Shown here: positions 45,093 through 53,554 of the stretch, piece by piece
How the letters are laid out: each line of letters starts with the position of its first letter
How positions within the stretch are numbered: position 1 is the stretch's first letter
Virus record (IMG/VR): IMGVR_UViG_3300023105_000044
Coordinates: 1-53,554 of that record
Direction: 5' to 3' (one strand)
Length of the DNA stretch: 53,554 bases
From: a virus
Lineage: Duplodnaviria > Caudoviricetes
Position numbers and translations under genes: made by a program
Notes under the pieces: generated by a model
What the model was told of the DNA's origin: nothing
Databases searched by the model: none
Seen by the model: the letters and a program-made list of their open reading frames with translations, nothing else

Positions 45093-47815
45093 TAAGAAAC
45101 TCCTCCATCAATATTAGCATCAGGCGGCGGATTATTATTAGCCGGAGGAGTAAAGTTTTCATTAACGATTGTTTGTCCACCAAATTCCACTGTTGGAGAT
45201 GTTGTGTTAACTTGTGCAGTAGGTTGAGTAGGAGTAGGTGGTGCTCCTGCTCCAGTTCCTTGTGCTGTTCCTGTATTAGTAATATCCTGTCCGCCAAAAA
45301 TTACTGGTTGTGGAGTTTGTGTATCTCCTGAGCCGCTGCCAGTAGTGTCTGATGGAGCAACAGCAGTAGAGTTATCGCCGGTGCCGCCGCCTCTAACATT
45401 TGTATCACTATCTTGATTGTTTCTTCTAATTAATTCTAACACTTGAGTAAACTTTCCTCCAGCAAAACTGTTTCTTACAATGTTTACTTTGTATAAGCCA
45501 GTGAATGCGTTTACCGGAACATTGTCTATTTCTGGAAATATCATTAATCCATTTCCTGTATTATAATCTATCGGAGTTTTAAAAGTTACTAAAACTTCTA
45601 CTTCTGACGACTGATAATCCATTGTTCCGTCTGACGTGTATCCTGTAAATCCCGATGGTGGAGAAAAATAGTTTCCTTGTCCGCTGTCTGCAAGATAATA
45701 AGGATCTCCTATAATAGTTAACTCCATCGTAACCATATCAGTGTCATTATTGACTATTGCCTCATGGAACATTCTAGCAACTCGTATTGCAGGTGTATCT
45801 GCATCACTGCCGCCACTATTTCCGGTTGCTGTTGCATTTGCAACTTCTGTTACAGATCTGTCACTGTTAACACTGCCAACACCTTCATTTCCTGCTGCTG
45901 GCTGAAATCTTGGTGCAGTATCTACTGTTACAGAATCACGAGTTGCAAGTCTAGTTGTTCCTGCACCATTCATGTTTGAACTCATTGCTGTATAAAATGC
46001 ATTATTGAAATTAATTTCAAAATCAATTATATCGTCGTTTTGACCTGTATAGATAAAATCGTATCGTTTTGCTGCGGCTGCTTTACGCTGTTCTATGCCC
46101 ACTGATGGTTGCGATGCTTGTTGAAATGTTGACGAATGTACTTGATAAGGCACAACTGCATATACATATATTTTTGGATTTTGGCCGGTTCTACGTCTAA
46201 TTTCTTCATCTGGTACTAAAAATGTTTGCGCATGTATTCTAAACCAAGGAATCATTCCTCCACCTGCAGGAACACTTTGTAATTGTGTTGCGGCTGTTTG
46301 AGCATACTCACTTATCAAAACTATTTCTTCAATTATATCTTCAATTCTAGTTCCTTGCTTAAACTGAAATGTTCTAAAATCTCGAGAAATTGTTACTTGG
46401 TCACTTCTATAAATGCCTGTTCTTTGATCATATGTGTATGCTTCTTCACCAAAAGGTACTGCACCACCTGTTATCATTGCACTGTCAATTTGACCTTTTC
46501 CTATTGGATTAGCTGTTTCAGTATTATCAGCAGCTCTGCGTACTGCGGCTGAAATATTATTGTTTGAAGCACTAATTTCTATATAACGTTCGTATGCTTC
46601 TGATCTATTTTGTAAAAGAAGGTCAGGATCAAAATCAAACAATTCAGTGTCAGCACCAGTCCAAGCGGAATAAAATTCTTCTTCGGTCATTAATGCTCTG
46701 TCACTAAGATTTGTTCCTGCTTGATTTGATATTCCTAAACTTGATGAGAGTTGGTTTGGAAACATTATAACATATTCATCTCTATTAATACTATTTCCTT
46801 CATCGTCTTTTTCTCTAATTGCTTTATTAAGTATTGCTGTTAAACTGTTTGTTCCGGTGTGTAATAATTCTTGTACAGATGCGCCTTGCAAAATAGTGTC
46901 GCTTCTTGTACTTTGTGCTACACTGCTATAGGCAATTTCTTGCCAAGCATTAGTTTGTACTGCATATCTAGAACCACCTGCTGTAACATCAAAATCAACT
47001 GTGTTAATGCTTATTGGAAATACTCTGCGTGTTGTTCTATCTAAGTTTAAAGGATTACCGTTATCATCATATCCTCTAAATTCTATTATTAGTGCATATG
47101 GTGCTTTTAAATAATCTTTATGACCTGCTTTATTAGCAGCAATCATAAGTGTTTGTAAAAACAATCCCATACTATAAGGTTCTGTAACAGTAAAATTTAA
47201 AACTGTTGCATTTGTTGAACGTGATTTAGTAGTAGGTGCGATAATTCCTTCAATTTCTAAATCGTCTATAAAATATTCTAACGATAAATCACTAGTTTCG
47301 TATGCTGTTTTTGCTTTACTAGCTCCTAGTCCGCCTCCTGATTTTAATACTGTTACTTTCGGTGGACCAACTCGATATGTACTATCAGGAAAATTAATTT
47401 CGTTAATTGTTAAACAAGCAAGTGTTATAATGTAATTGTATGTTGCGTATTCTTTTAATTTATTTTCTGTTTGTCCTAATGCTACTGTAGCAGTTTGTAA
47501 TACAGAGCCTGATGCTGATGCAATTAGACCTGCTGCTCCTTGCGAAATAGCCTGTTCAATATCAGCTAATTGTTGAATATCAGTAGGAATACTATTTCTA
47601 AATCCGGCTACTGCTGATTCTAATTGTTCTCCAACATTGAACTGATCAGTTACGGAAATTATTGACGAACTTGCTTGTGATTTTAAATTGTTAAGAGAAC
47701 TTTCTACTTGAGCTGGTACAGATCCTAACAGGTCGTTTGCTTGACCTGTTACACGGTTCAGTTGCGTTGGTAAGTCTTTTACCGAATTAGTAAGTCTAGT
47801 AAAATTTATTGCCAT
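45092..47815 (-). CDS. baseplate hub protein (gp27-like, tentative)
   Basis: Position upstream of the gp5-like gene; LTIIGDPYYL and FTGLYKV...F..GKFTQVLEL hub-like motifs. Confidence 0.6.
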   Translation of the reverse strand: MAINFTRLTNSVKDLPTQLNRVTGQANDLLGSVPAQVESSLNNLKSQASSSIISVTDQFNVGEQLESAVAGFRNSIPTDIQQLADIEQAISQGAAGLIASASGSVLQTATVALGQTENKLKEYATYNYIITLACLTINEINFPDSTYRVGPPKVTVLKSGGGLGASKAKTAYETSDLSLEYFIDDLEIEGIIAPTTKSRSTNATVLNFTVTEPYSMGLFLQTLMIAANKAGHKDYLKAPYALIIEFRGYDDNGNPLNLDRTTRRVFPISINTVDFDVTAGGSRYAVQTNAWQEIAYSSVAQSTRSDTILQGASVQELLHTGTNSLTAILNKAIREKDDEGNSINRDEYVIMFPNQLSSSLGISNQAGTNLSDRALMTEEEFYSAWTGADTELFDFDPDLLLQNRSEAYERYIEISASNNNISAAVRRAADNTETANPIGKGQIDSAMITGGAVPFGEEAYTYDQRTGIYRSDQVTISRDFRTFQFKQGTRIEDIIEEIVLISEYAQTAATQLQSVPAGGGMIPWFRIHAQTFLVPDEEIRRRTGQNPKIYVYAVVPYQVHSSTFQQASQPSVGIEQRKAAAAKRYDFIYTGQNDDIIDFEINFNNAFYTAMSSNMNGAGTTRLATRDSVTVDTAPRFQPAAGNEGVGSVNSDRSVTEVANATATGNSGGSDADTPAIRVARMFHEAIVNNDTDMVTMELTIIGDPYYLADSGQGNYFSPPSGFTGYTSDGTMDYQSSEVEVLVTFKTPIDYNTGNGLMIFPEIDNVPVNAFTGLYKVNIVRNSFAGGKFTQVLELIRRNNQDSDTNVRGGGTGDNSTAVAPSDTTGSGSGDTQTPQPVIFGGQDITNTGTAQGTGAGAPPTPTQPTAQVNTTSPTVEFGGQTIVNENFTPPANNNPPPDANIDGGVS

Positions 47816-47818
47816 TTA

Positions 47819-48121
47819 TTAATAACCTAAAAAGTCTTTTAATTTGTCTTCTCTTGGAATATAGATTCGAACACCTGCTTCAAGATCAAAAACAGGATCT
47901 TTTAAAATGTCCATGTTTCTTTGTGCAAATACCCACCATAACTTTGGAGTACCATAAATTGAAAAAGCAAGTAAGTCAGGTCTATGCGTAAACTGAGGTT
48001 GTATTTCATATAATACATCATCGTCGCTTGCCGGCACTGGCCTAATTTTCATTACGTCTAAATATTGATTTCTTAAAATTGGTGTTGTCCCCCAAGGACT
48101 TGTTGAACCATACTTTGCCAT
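47819..48121 (-). CDS. baseplate protein, T4 gp53/LysM-like
   Basis: HRPDLLAFSIYGTPKLWWVFAQRN...G..IYIP. Confidence 0.8.
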   Translation of the reverse strand: MAKYGSTSPWGTTPILRNQYLDVMKIRPVPASDDDVLYEIQPQFTHRPDLLAFSIYGTPKLWWVFAQRNMDILKDPVFDLEAGVRIYIPREDKLKDFLGY

Positions 48122-48978
48122 TATACAAATCCTCCGCCGCCAGTTAAGTATCCTCCCATTACAAATTCATCTAAACTAAACTGAGAAGTAAGTGCTCTAC
48201 TGTATACTGGTCCTACTGTAACCGATACTTGACTCTGTACTGGAACATATCCTTCTACTCCTCCAAGATCTGGTGGCGTAGTTACACCTTGAGGAATGTT
48301 TGCTCCAACTGAAGTTTTTATATAATCAACATCAGCTGGCATATCAACTGTAAAGTTTTTTACAACAACAGGAACATTAGGAAAAACATGAGGTCCATAT
48401 CCGCTTAGTTTTACAACAGGCGGTGGGTTTCCTTGATTTTCTGATTGTCCGTATGACATTTTAGTAACTGATCTTAGATAATGTAATGCTGCTGCCCAAT
48501 ATTGCGCATCTTTAGCATTTTCACAGAAAAAATCTCCTGTAATAACTATATCTTCAATTTGACTGTTCTGGTATTGTGGGAAAGGATAATTACTATGTAT
48601 AGGATGCATCGCATCATAATTTGCTGTATGCTGAATTAATATTGTAGGAGTATAAGGAAACACCAGCCCATTTGTTTCAATAATAGGCTGCATTGTTACC
48701 GGACTGTTTATGTGCGCAGGTAAACTTAATCTAACACGCCAATCTTTACTACTAGCTGAATTTGTAGTTGCTGCTGTAGTTGTTCTTTGTGTTGGTAGAG
48801 ATGACGGTCCGTTTAAAAGTTGTCTTAAAATACCAGCTGCCCCAGAACCTAGTGCAGAATCTAATGCATTATTTGCGAAATTATTAGCAAAGGTAGTAGC
48901 TCTATTTTCAAAATCAGAAGCAATGTTTTTAGCATTTGATTGAACTACGTTTTTTAAATTGTTAAGACTTAACGCCAT
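48121..48978 (-). CDS. tail tube initiator/baseplate protein (gp48/gp54-like, tentative)
   Basis: GLVFPYTPTI...PPPVVKLSGYG...NVPVVVKNFTVDMP.DVDY tube-fold motifs; first gene of the baseplate operon. Confidence 0.62.
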   Translation of the reverse strand: MALSLNNLKNVVQSNAKNIASDFENRATTFANNFANNALDSALGSGAAGILRQLLNGPSSLPTQRTTTAATTNSASSKDWRVRLSLPAHINSPVTMQPIIETNGLVFPYTPTILIQHTANYDAMHPIHSNYPFPQYQNSQIEDIVITGDFFCENAKDAQYWAAALHYLRSVTKMSYGQSENQGNPPPVVKLSGYGPHVFPNVPVVVKNFTVDMPADVDYIKTSVGANIPQGVTTPPDLGGVEGYVPVQSQVSVTVGPVYSRALTSQFSLDEFVMGGYLTGGGGFV

Positions 48979-49000
48979 ATTTTTACTCTCCTATATACAT

Positions 49001-49030
49001 TATTTAGTTGACAAAATTAACTGCGTAGTT
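49001..49030 (-). promoter_or_regulatory. late promoter TAAATA with upstream AACTACGCA element, driving the baseplate operon
   Basis: Minus strand: AACTACGCA-N15-TAAATA, then an AGGAGAG RBS. Confidence 0.65.
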
Positions 49031-49036
49031 TATAAT
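49008..49036 (+). promoter_or_regulatory. perfect-consensus sigma70 promoter for gp55
   Basis: TTGACA (49008-49013), 17-nt spacer, TATAAT (49031-49036). Confidence 0.85.
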
Positions 49037-49059
49037 AGACGTATAACTTGGAGAATTTA

Positions 49060-49908
49060 ATGAGGAAAGTGAACTATCTTAACAATAAGGATCTACTAAA
49101 ACAAATACACATATCAAAATCTAGTTTTTGTAGCTTTGTAGACCCAGAATATCATCAATACGACATAATTTTAGAAAATATTGAAAAAATAAACATACGC
49201 ACGATTGCAGAAGCAAAACGGAACAAAGCAAAAAGATTACAACAACAAGATTTTGAAACCCGCAAAGAGGCCGGTGAAAAAGTTAAACTAGCAGATTGCG
49301 AAATTGACTATAGAAAAATCACAAAAGAAGAACTTGTTTTTCGTATTATGACGTTTGATCATATCCCTGAAGAGCCTGGACGTAAAAAGAACCCAAAAAC
49401 TATTGCAGATACAAAAGTAAAATTAAATTTTCCACCTTTTCAACATTTTAAATTTAATGAAAACGATGAACTTGTTTGTATAGGTAAAAGCCACTGGATA
49501 GGAGGTATGGAGAACGGATATTTTAGTCAAAAACATGCCCGTGCAACAAACGAACTAGCAAAGATGTGGATGAAGCTCTGCGAACGCTATGCTACTCGTG
49601 GTAATGTTAGAGGATACACGTACAATGACGAGATGCGAGGACAGGCAATACTACAACTTGCACAGATTGGTTTGCAATTTGATGAGAGCAAATCTAATAA
49701 CCCGTTTGCATACTACACAGCAGCCGTCACTAATTCATTTGTACGTGTTATTAATCTTGAAAAACGCAATCAAAACATCAGAGATGACATCCTTGAAATG
49801 AACGATATGAATCCAAGTTATACTAGACAGCATAATCAAGAATGGGAAAATGCTATGAAAAGAGATCGGCAAGAAAGACAAGAAGCTGAAGACGCCAAAA
49901 ACAGTTGA
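49060..49908 (+). CDS. late transcription sigma factor, T4 gp55-like
   Basis: NYLNNKDLL N-terminus; NVRGYTYNDEM, FDESKSNNPFAYYT...NSFVRVI..EK; upstream of gp47/gp46 as in T4. Start ATG 49060 after GGAGA. Confidence 0.88.
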   Translation: MRKVNYLNNKDLLKQIHISKSSFCSFVDPEYHQYDIILENIEKINIRTIAEAKRNKAKRLQQQDFETRKEAGEKVKLADCEIDYRKITKEELVFRIMTFDHIPEEPGRKKNPKTIADTKVKLNFPPFQHFKFNENDELVCIGKSHWIGGMENGYFSQKHARATNELAKMWMKLCERYATRGNVRGYTYNDEMRGQAILQLAQIGLQFDESKSNNPFAYYTAAVTNSFVRVINLEKRNQNIRDDILEMNDMNPSYTRQHNQEWENAMKRDRQERQEAEDAKNS

Positions 49909-49933
49909 CTTTTACTGCAAAAGACAGTATTAT
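49905..49933 (+). promoter_or_regulatory. sigma70-type promoter for gp47-gp46
   Basis: TTGACT (49905-49910), 17-nt spacer, TATTAT (49928-49933). Confidence 0.65.
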
Positions 49934-49960
49934 GTTATTGATTAGTATGGAGAACTTATT

Positions 49961-50971
49961 TTGTTTAAAAAGGCAGCAGTCTTTACCGATATACATTTTG
50001 GTTTAAAAGGCAACAGCAAAGTACACAACACCGACTGTGAAGAGTTTATAGATTGGTTTATCGAACAGGCAAAAGCTAACGGATGCGATACTGGTATCTT
50101 TTGTGGAGATTGGCATCATAACCGTAACTCGTTAAATTTAACAACTATGGATGCAACTATCCGCAGTCTTGAAAAACTAGGCAAAGCGTTTGACAAATTT
50201 TACATGTTTGTTGGTAATCACGATTTGTATTACAAAGACAAACGTGATGTAAGTTCAACAATATTTGGAAAACATATTCCAGGTATTACATTAATAGATG
50301 AAATCTACGAAGAAGATGATGTGGTACTTGTGCCGTGGCTTGTAGGCGACGAATGGAAACGTATCGAGAACATCAAAGCCAAGTATATGTTTGGACATTT
50401 TGAATTGCCAAGTTTCTATATGAATGCTATGGTACAAATGCCTGATCATGGCGATTTACGTGCTGAACATTTTAAAAATCAAGAATATGTATTCAGTGGG
50501 CACTTTCACAAACGTCAAGTAAGAGGTAAAATACATTACATAGGTAATGCATTTCCTCACAACTATGCAGATGCATGGGACGACGAACGTGGTATGATGA
50601 TCCTTGACAAAGAAAACGGCAAAGAGCCTGAATACATTAACTGGTGGAACTGTCCTAAGTACCGTACAACTACACTAAGCAAATTACTAGATCCAGATGC
50701 AGACATTATTAAACCTAAAATGTACTTACGTGTAACTATTGATGTTCCTATCAGTTACGAAGAAGCACAGTTTATTAAAGAAACTTATATTTCTACACAT
50801 AATTGTAGAGAAATTACACTTATTCCGCAAAAGCAAATTGAAGAAATTTCAACAGATTTAGATATTTCTACATTTGAAAGCGTTGACGAAATTGTATCTA
50901 AAGAAATTACTGCTATCGATAGTGATAACTTTAATAAAAAGATGCTACTAGACATATATCACGAGCTATAA
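49961..50971 (+). CDS. recombination nuclease subunit, T4 gp47 (Mre11/SbcD-like)
   Basis: DIHFG, GDWHH, GNHD, GHFE and SGHFH metallophosphoesterase motifs; TTG start after GGAGA. Confidence 0.92.
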   Translation: MFKKAAVFTDIHFGLKGNSKVHNTDCEEFIDWFIEQAKANGCDTGIFCGDWHHNRNSLNLTTMDATIRSLEKLGKAFDKFYMFVGNHDLYYKDKRDVSSTIFGKHIPGITLIDEIYEEDDVVLVPWLVGDEWKRIENIKAKYMFGHFELPSFYMNAMVQMPDHGDLRAEHFKNQEYVFSGHFHKRQVRGKIHYIGNAFPHNYADAWDDERGMMILDKENGKEPEYINWWNCPKYRTTTLSKLLDPDADIIKPKMYLRVTIDVPISYEEAQFIKETYISTHNCREITLIPQKQIEEISTDLDISTFESVDEIVSKEITAIDSDNFNKKMLLDIYHEL

Positions 50972-52741
50972 ATGATCAAAGTAAAAGACTTAACAGTAAA
51001 AAACTTTATGAGTGTGGGTAACCAAACCCAGGCTGTAGACTTTAACAGAGAAAAGTTAACATTAGTACTAGGCGAAAACTTAGACCAAGGCGGAGACGAT
51101 AGTGGTTCACGTAATGGTACTGGTAAAACAACAATTATTAATGCATTGTCGTATGCTTTATACGGTACTGCACTAACAAATATTAAACGTAACAATCTTA
51201 TTAACAAAACTAATAGTAAAGGTATGGTTGTTTCGCTTGATTTTGAAAAAGACGGTATTAATTATAGAATTGAACGAGGTCGTTCACCTACTTTCTTCAA
51301 ATTTTATATCAACGAACAAGAACAAGAAGAAGACGAATCGCAAGGCGATAGTCGTAAAACACAAGAATTCCTAAACGACTTGCTAGGTATGAGTCATGAT
51401 ATGTTCAAACATATTGTTGCTCTAAATACTTATAGTGAACCATTCCTTGCTATGAAGCAAAACGATCAACGTGCTATTATTGAGCAGTTATTAGGTATTA
51501 CTATTCTTTCAGAAAAAGCAGAAAATCTAAAAGAACAGATACGTGAAACTAAAGAAGCAATTACCACAGAAACACTAAAGATTGATGCTATTAATAGTGC
51601 CAATGCACATATTCAAGAAACTATTAGAAGTTTAAAAACTAAACAAAGTGCATGGAATACTAAAAAACATCAAGATCTTGCAAAATTACAGCAAGGATTG
51701 GATGAATTAGAACATTTAGATATTGAATTAGAACTAGAACTGCACGAAAAACTTGCTAGTTGGACTGAATTAAATACCGCATTAACGGCTCTTAATAAAG
51801 AAAAAAGCACATTAGACGGTGCATTACTGCAAGCCGATAAACGTGTTAAAAAGATTGAACAAGACGTGTTAAATCTTGAAGATGCTACGTGCTATACATG
51901 CGGACAGGCACTTCACGAAGATAAAAAACAAGAAATTTTAACTGCAAAATCAACAGAACTTGAAGAATCTATTGCATATCAAACAGATGTAGGTGAAAAA
52001 CTTTCAGAAGTTATGGAAGCAATAAACGAAATTGGCGATCTTAATGGACGACCTAATACATTTTATGAAACTGCTAAAGAAGCATATGAACATAGAAACA
52101 ACGTAGATAACTTAAAGCAGTCTGTGATAAGTAAGAGCGAGGAAACTGATCCTTACGAAGCACAAATACAAGAACTTACACAAGAAGCAATACAAGAAGT
52201 TGACTGGACCGCAGTTAACGAGCTTAATAATCTTAAGGATCATCAAGAGTTCTTATTAAAACTGCTTACAAACAAAGACAGTTTCATTCGCAAAAAGATT
52301 ATTGAGCAAAACCTAGCATACTTAAACAATAGGCTAACATATTATCTTGACAAATTAGGCTTGCCGCATCAAGTTGTTTTTCAAAATGACTTAAATGTAG
52401 AAATTACACAACTAGGACAAGACTTAGATTTTGATAATCTAAGTAGAGGCGAACGTAACAGGCTAATACTAGGTTTATCGTTTGCATTCCGTGATGTTTG
52501 GGAAAGTTTATATCAAAACATTAACTTGTTGTTCATTGACGAGTTAATTGATAGTGGTATGGATACAGCAGGTGTCGAAGGTGCGTTAAGTGTTCTTAAA
52601 AAGATTGCACGTGAACGTGATAAAAACATTTTCTTAATCTCACACAAAGACGAATTAGTAGGTCGTGTAAACACAATTCTTAAAGTTGTTAAAGAAAACG
52701 GCTTTACTAGTTATGAAAACGATATAGAAGTTGTAGAATGA
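50972..52741 (+). CDS. recombination ATPase subunit, T4 gp46 (Rad50/SbcC-like)
   Basis: KNFMSVGN, Walker A NGTGKTT, coiled coil with CYTC zinc hook, signature LSRGE, Walker B LFIDE, ISH. Confidence 0.93.
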   Translation: MIKVKDLTVKNFMSVGNQTQAVDFNREKLTLVLGENLDQGGDDSGSRNGTGKTTIINALSYALYGTALTNIKRNNLINKTNSKGMVVSLDFEKDGINYRIERGRSPTFFKFYINEQEQEEDESQGDSRKTQEFLNDLLGMSHDMFKHIVALNTYSEPFLAMKQNDQRAIIEQLLGITILSEKAENLKEQIRETKEAITTETLKIDAINSANAHIQETIRSLKTKQSAWNTKKHQDLAKLQQGLDELEHLDIELELELHEKLASWTELNTALTALNKEKSTLDGALLQADKRVKKIEQDVLNLEDATCYTCGQALHEDKKQEILTAKSTELEESIAYQTDVGEKLSEVMEAINEIGDLNGRPNTFYETAKEAYEHRNNVDNLKQSVISKSEETDPYEAQIQELTQEAIQEVDWTAVNELNNLKDHQEFLLKLLTNKDSFIRKKIIEQNLAYLNNRLTYYLDKLGLPHQVVFQNDLNVEITQLGQDLDFDNLSRGERNRLILGLSFAFRDVWESLYQNINLLFIDELIDSGMDTAGVEGALSVLKKIARERDKNIFLISHKDELVGRVNTILKVVKENGFTSYENDIEVVE

Positions 52742-52950
52742 TAGATGATGATACTCATGACAAACTAACTAGAGCCTATATGGAATATTTTAAGGCAAAC
52801 GAGGCGTATGAGTCACGCAAGTCACATAGAACACACGCAAGCAGTAGGCGCTGGTTGCGTAAAATACGTGAACTAGCAAAAGAACGTATGGACGAAATAC
52901 ACGAAGACTATACAGCCAAAAAAGAGGCAGAGAAAAAAGGCACACAATAA
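52738..52950 (+). CDS. hypothetical helical protein (70 aa)
   Basis: ATGA overlap with the gp46 stop. Confidence 0.65.
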   Translation: MIDDDTHDKLTRAYMEYFKANEAYESRKSHRTHASSRRWLRKIRELAKERMDEIHEDYTAKKEAEKKGTQ

Positions 52951-52958
52951 GTAAGTTC

Positions 52959-53408
52959 ATGCAGTGGACTTACAACGGGAAAACAATAGAAACTATACCA
53001 GACGAATATGAAGGCTTTGTTTATCTCATTACTAATACTACTACTGGGCAAAAATATATAGGCAAGAAACTAGCCAAATTTAAAACTACTAAACCACCGC
53101 TTAAAGGCAAGAAAAATAAAAGACGTGGACACAAAGAATCAGACTGGAAAGACTATTGGGGTTCATCTGATAGACTTAACGCTGACGTCACTGCACTAGG
53201 CCCAGAAAACTTCACAAGAGAAATATTATACCTTTGCAAATCACGGGCAGAAATGTCCTACATAGAGGCAAGAGAACAGTTTGACCGCCGTGTATTAGAG
53301 ACGGACGATTATTACAACGGGATTATTAATGTTAGAGTTGGCGGATCAGACAAACTTAAAAAGGCATTGCTAGAACATAGCATCAAGGCAAAACAATCCA
53401 ACACATAA
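52959..53408 (+). CDS. GIY-YIG family nuclease
   Basis: GFVYLITNTTTGQKYIGKK...YWGSS...FTREIL...E...YYN. Confidence 0.8.
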   Translation: MQWTYNGKTIETIPDEYEGFVYLITNTTTGQKYIGKKLAKFKTTKPPLKGKKNKRRGHKESDWKDYWGSSDRLNADVTALGPENFTREILYLCKSRAEMSYIEAREQFDRRVLETDDYYNGIINVRVGGSDKLKKALLEHSIKAKQSNT

Positions 53409-53409
53409 G

Positions 53410-53554
53410 GTTGGCGGGCCAGTTTAGAAATACCGCTGTGGAAAAAGCATCCGTATAGGAGCACACGTAACATGCTGAGCGGCATCCGGTAGTAGGGTGT
53501 TTGATTGGCATAGACTGATTGTTGGCTGTCGAAAAACTGCACATTGTACATAAA
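53410..53554 (+). ncRNA. candidate structured non-coding RNA/element (truncated by window end; strand assumed)
   Basis: Visibly GC-richer than its flanks, no convincing ORF, several nested complementary segments. Confidence 0.35.

Noticed and set aside
15436-48943. Many + strand ORFs inside the tail operon (e.g. 20400-21329, 27417-27932)
   Set aside because: Antisense shadows of long minus-strand genes with biased codon use; low-information Pro/Ser/Leu-rich translations.
38626-48978. Bacterial T6SS or extracellular contractile injection system
   Set aside because: Flanked by gp55/gp47/gp46 and T4-like late promoters; no T6SS membrane complex or ClpV genes.
53312-53551. 79-aa minus-strand ORF at the window end
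   Set aside because: Overlaps the GIY-YIG gene antisense, has atypical composition and no recognisable motif.
1-53554. Alternative genetic code or stop-codon recoding
   Set aside because: Genes, including a 15.7-kb ORF, are intact under code 11, and TAA, TGA and TAG all end genes at sensible boundaries.
1-53554. tRNA/rRNA genes, integrase, transposase, introns or inteins in core genes
   Set aside because: None recognised by eye; rnh, gp46, gp47, folE and queE are uninterrupted. A covariance-model scan was not possible.

Overview
This AT-rich window is part of a large T4-like (Tevenvirinae/Kyanoviridae-grade) myovirus genome. It has four parts. (1) 1-6222 (+) is a putative 7-deazaguanine DNA-modification cluster: a partial QueD-like gene, a GT-B glycosyltransferase, a cupin, a type I phosphoribosyltransferase, a HIT hydrolase, FolE and an atypical QueE. 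No DpdA or QueC is visible inside the window. (2) 6219-13230 (+) holds a T4-type RNase H/5'-3' exonuclease, conserved hypotheticals and a MoxR-like AAA+ ATPase paired with a HExxH-metallopeptidase-vWA protein. (3) A + strand fibre gene (13292-14986) converges, at a bidirectional terminator, on a 34-kb minus-strand tail/baseplate operon. That operon has three paralogous fibre-like proteins, a 5221-aa giant protein, gp6-, gp25-, gp53- and gp48/54-like genes, and a gp5-like spike with a C-terminal GH19 domain. (4) 49060-53408 (+) holds the late sigma factor gp55, gp47/gp46 (Mre11/Rad50-like) and a GIY-YIG nuclease, followed by a GC-richer, probably structured non-coding tail. The best candidate for a new system is the deazaguanine + glycosyltransferase + PRTase cluster, with a possible RBS-sequestering pseudoknot in the folE leader. 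The regulatory layer is also notable: an identical 19-bp palindromic operator on the AAA and vWA promoters, a TAAATA late promoter with an AAsTACGCA upstream element, probable leaderless late mRNAs, and overlapping divergent promoters at gp55. All family calls come from motif recognition by eye; no database searches were run.
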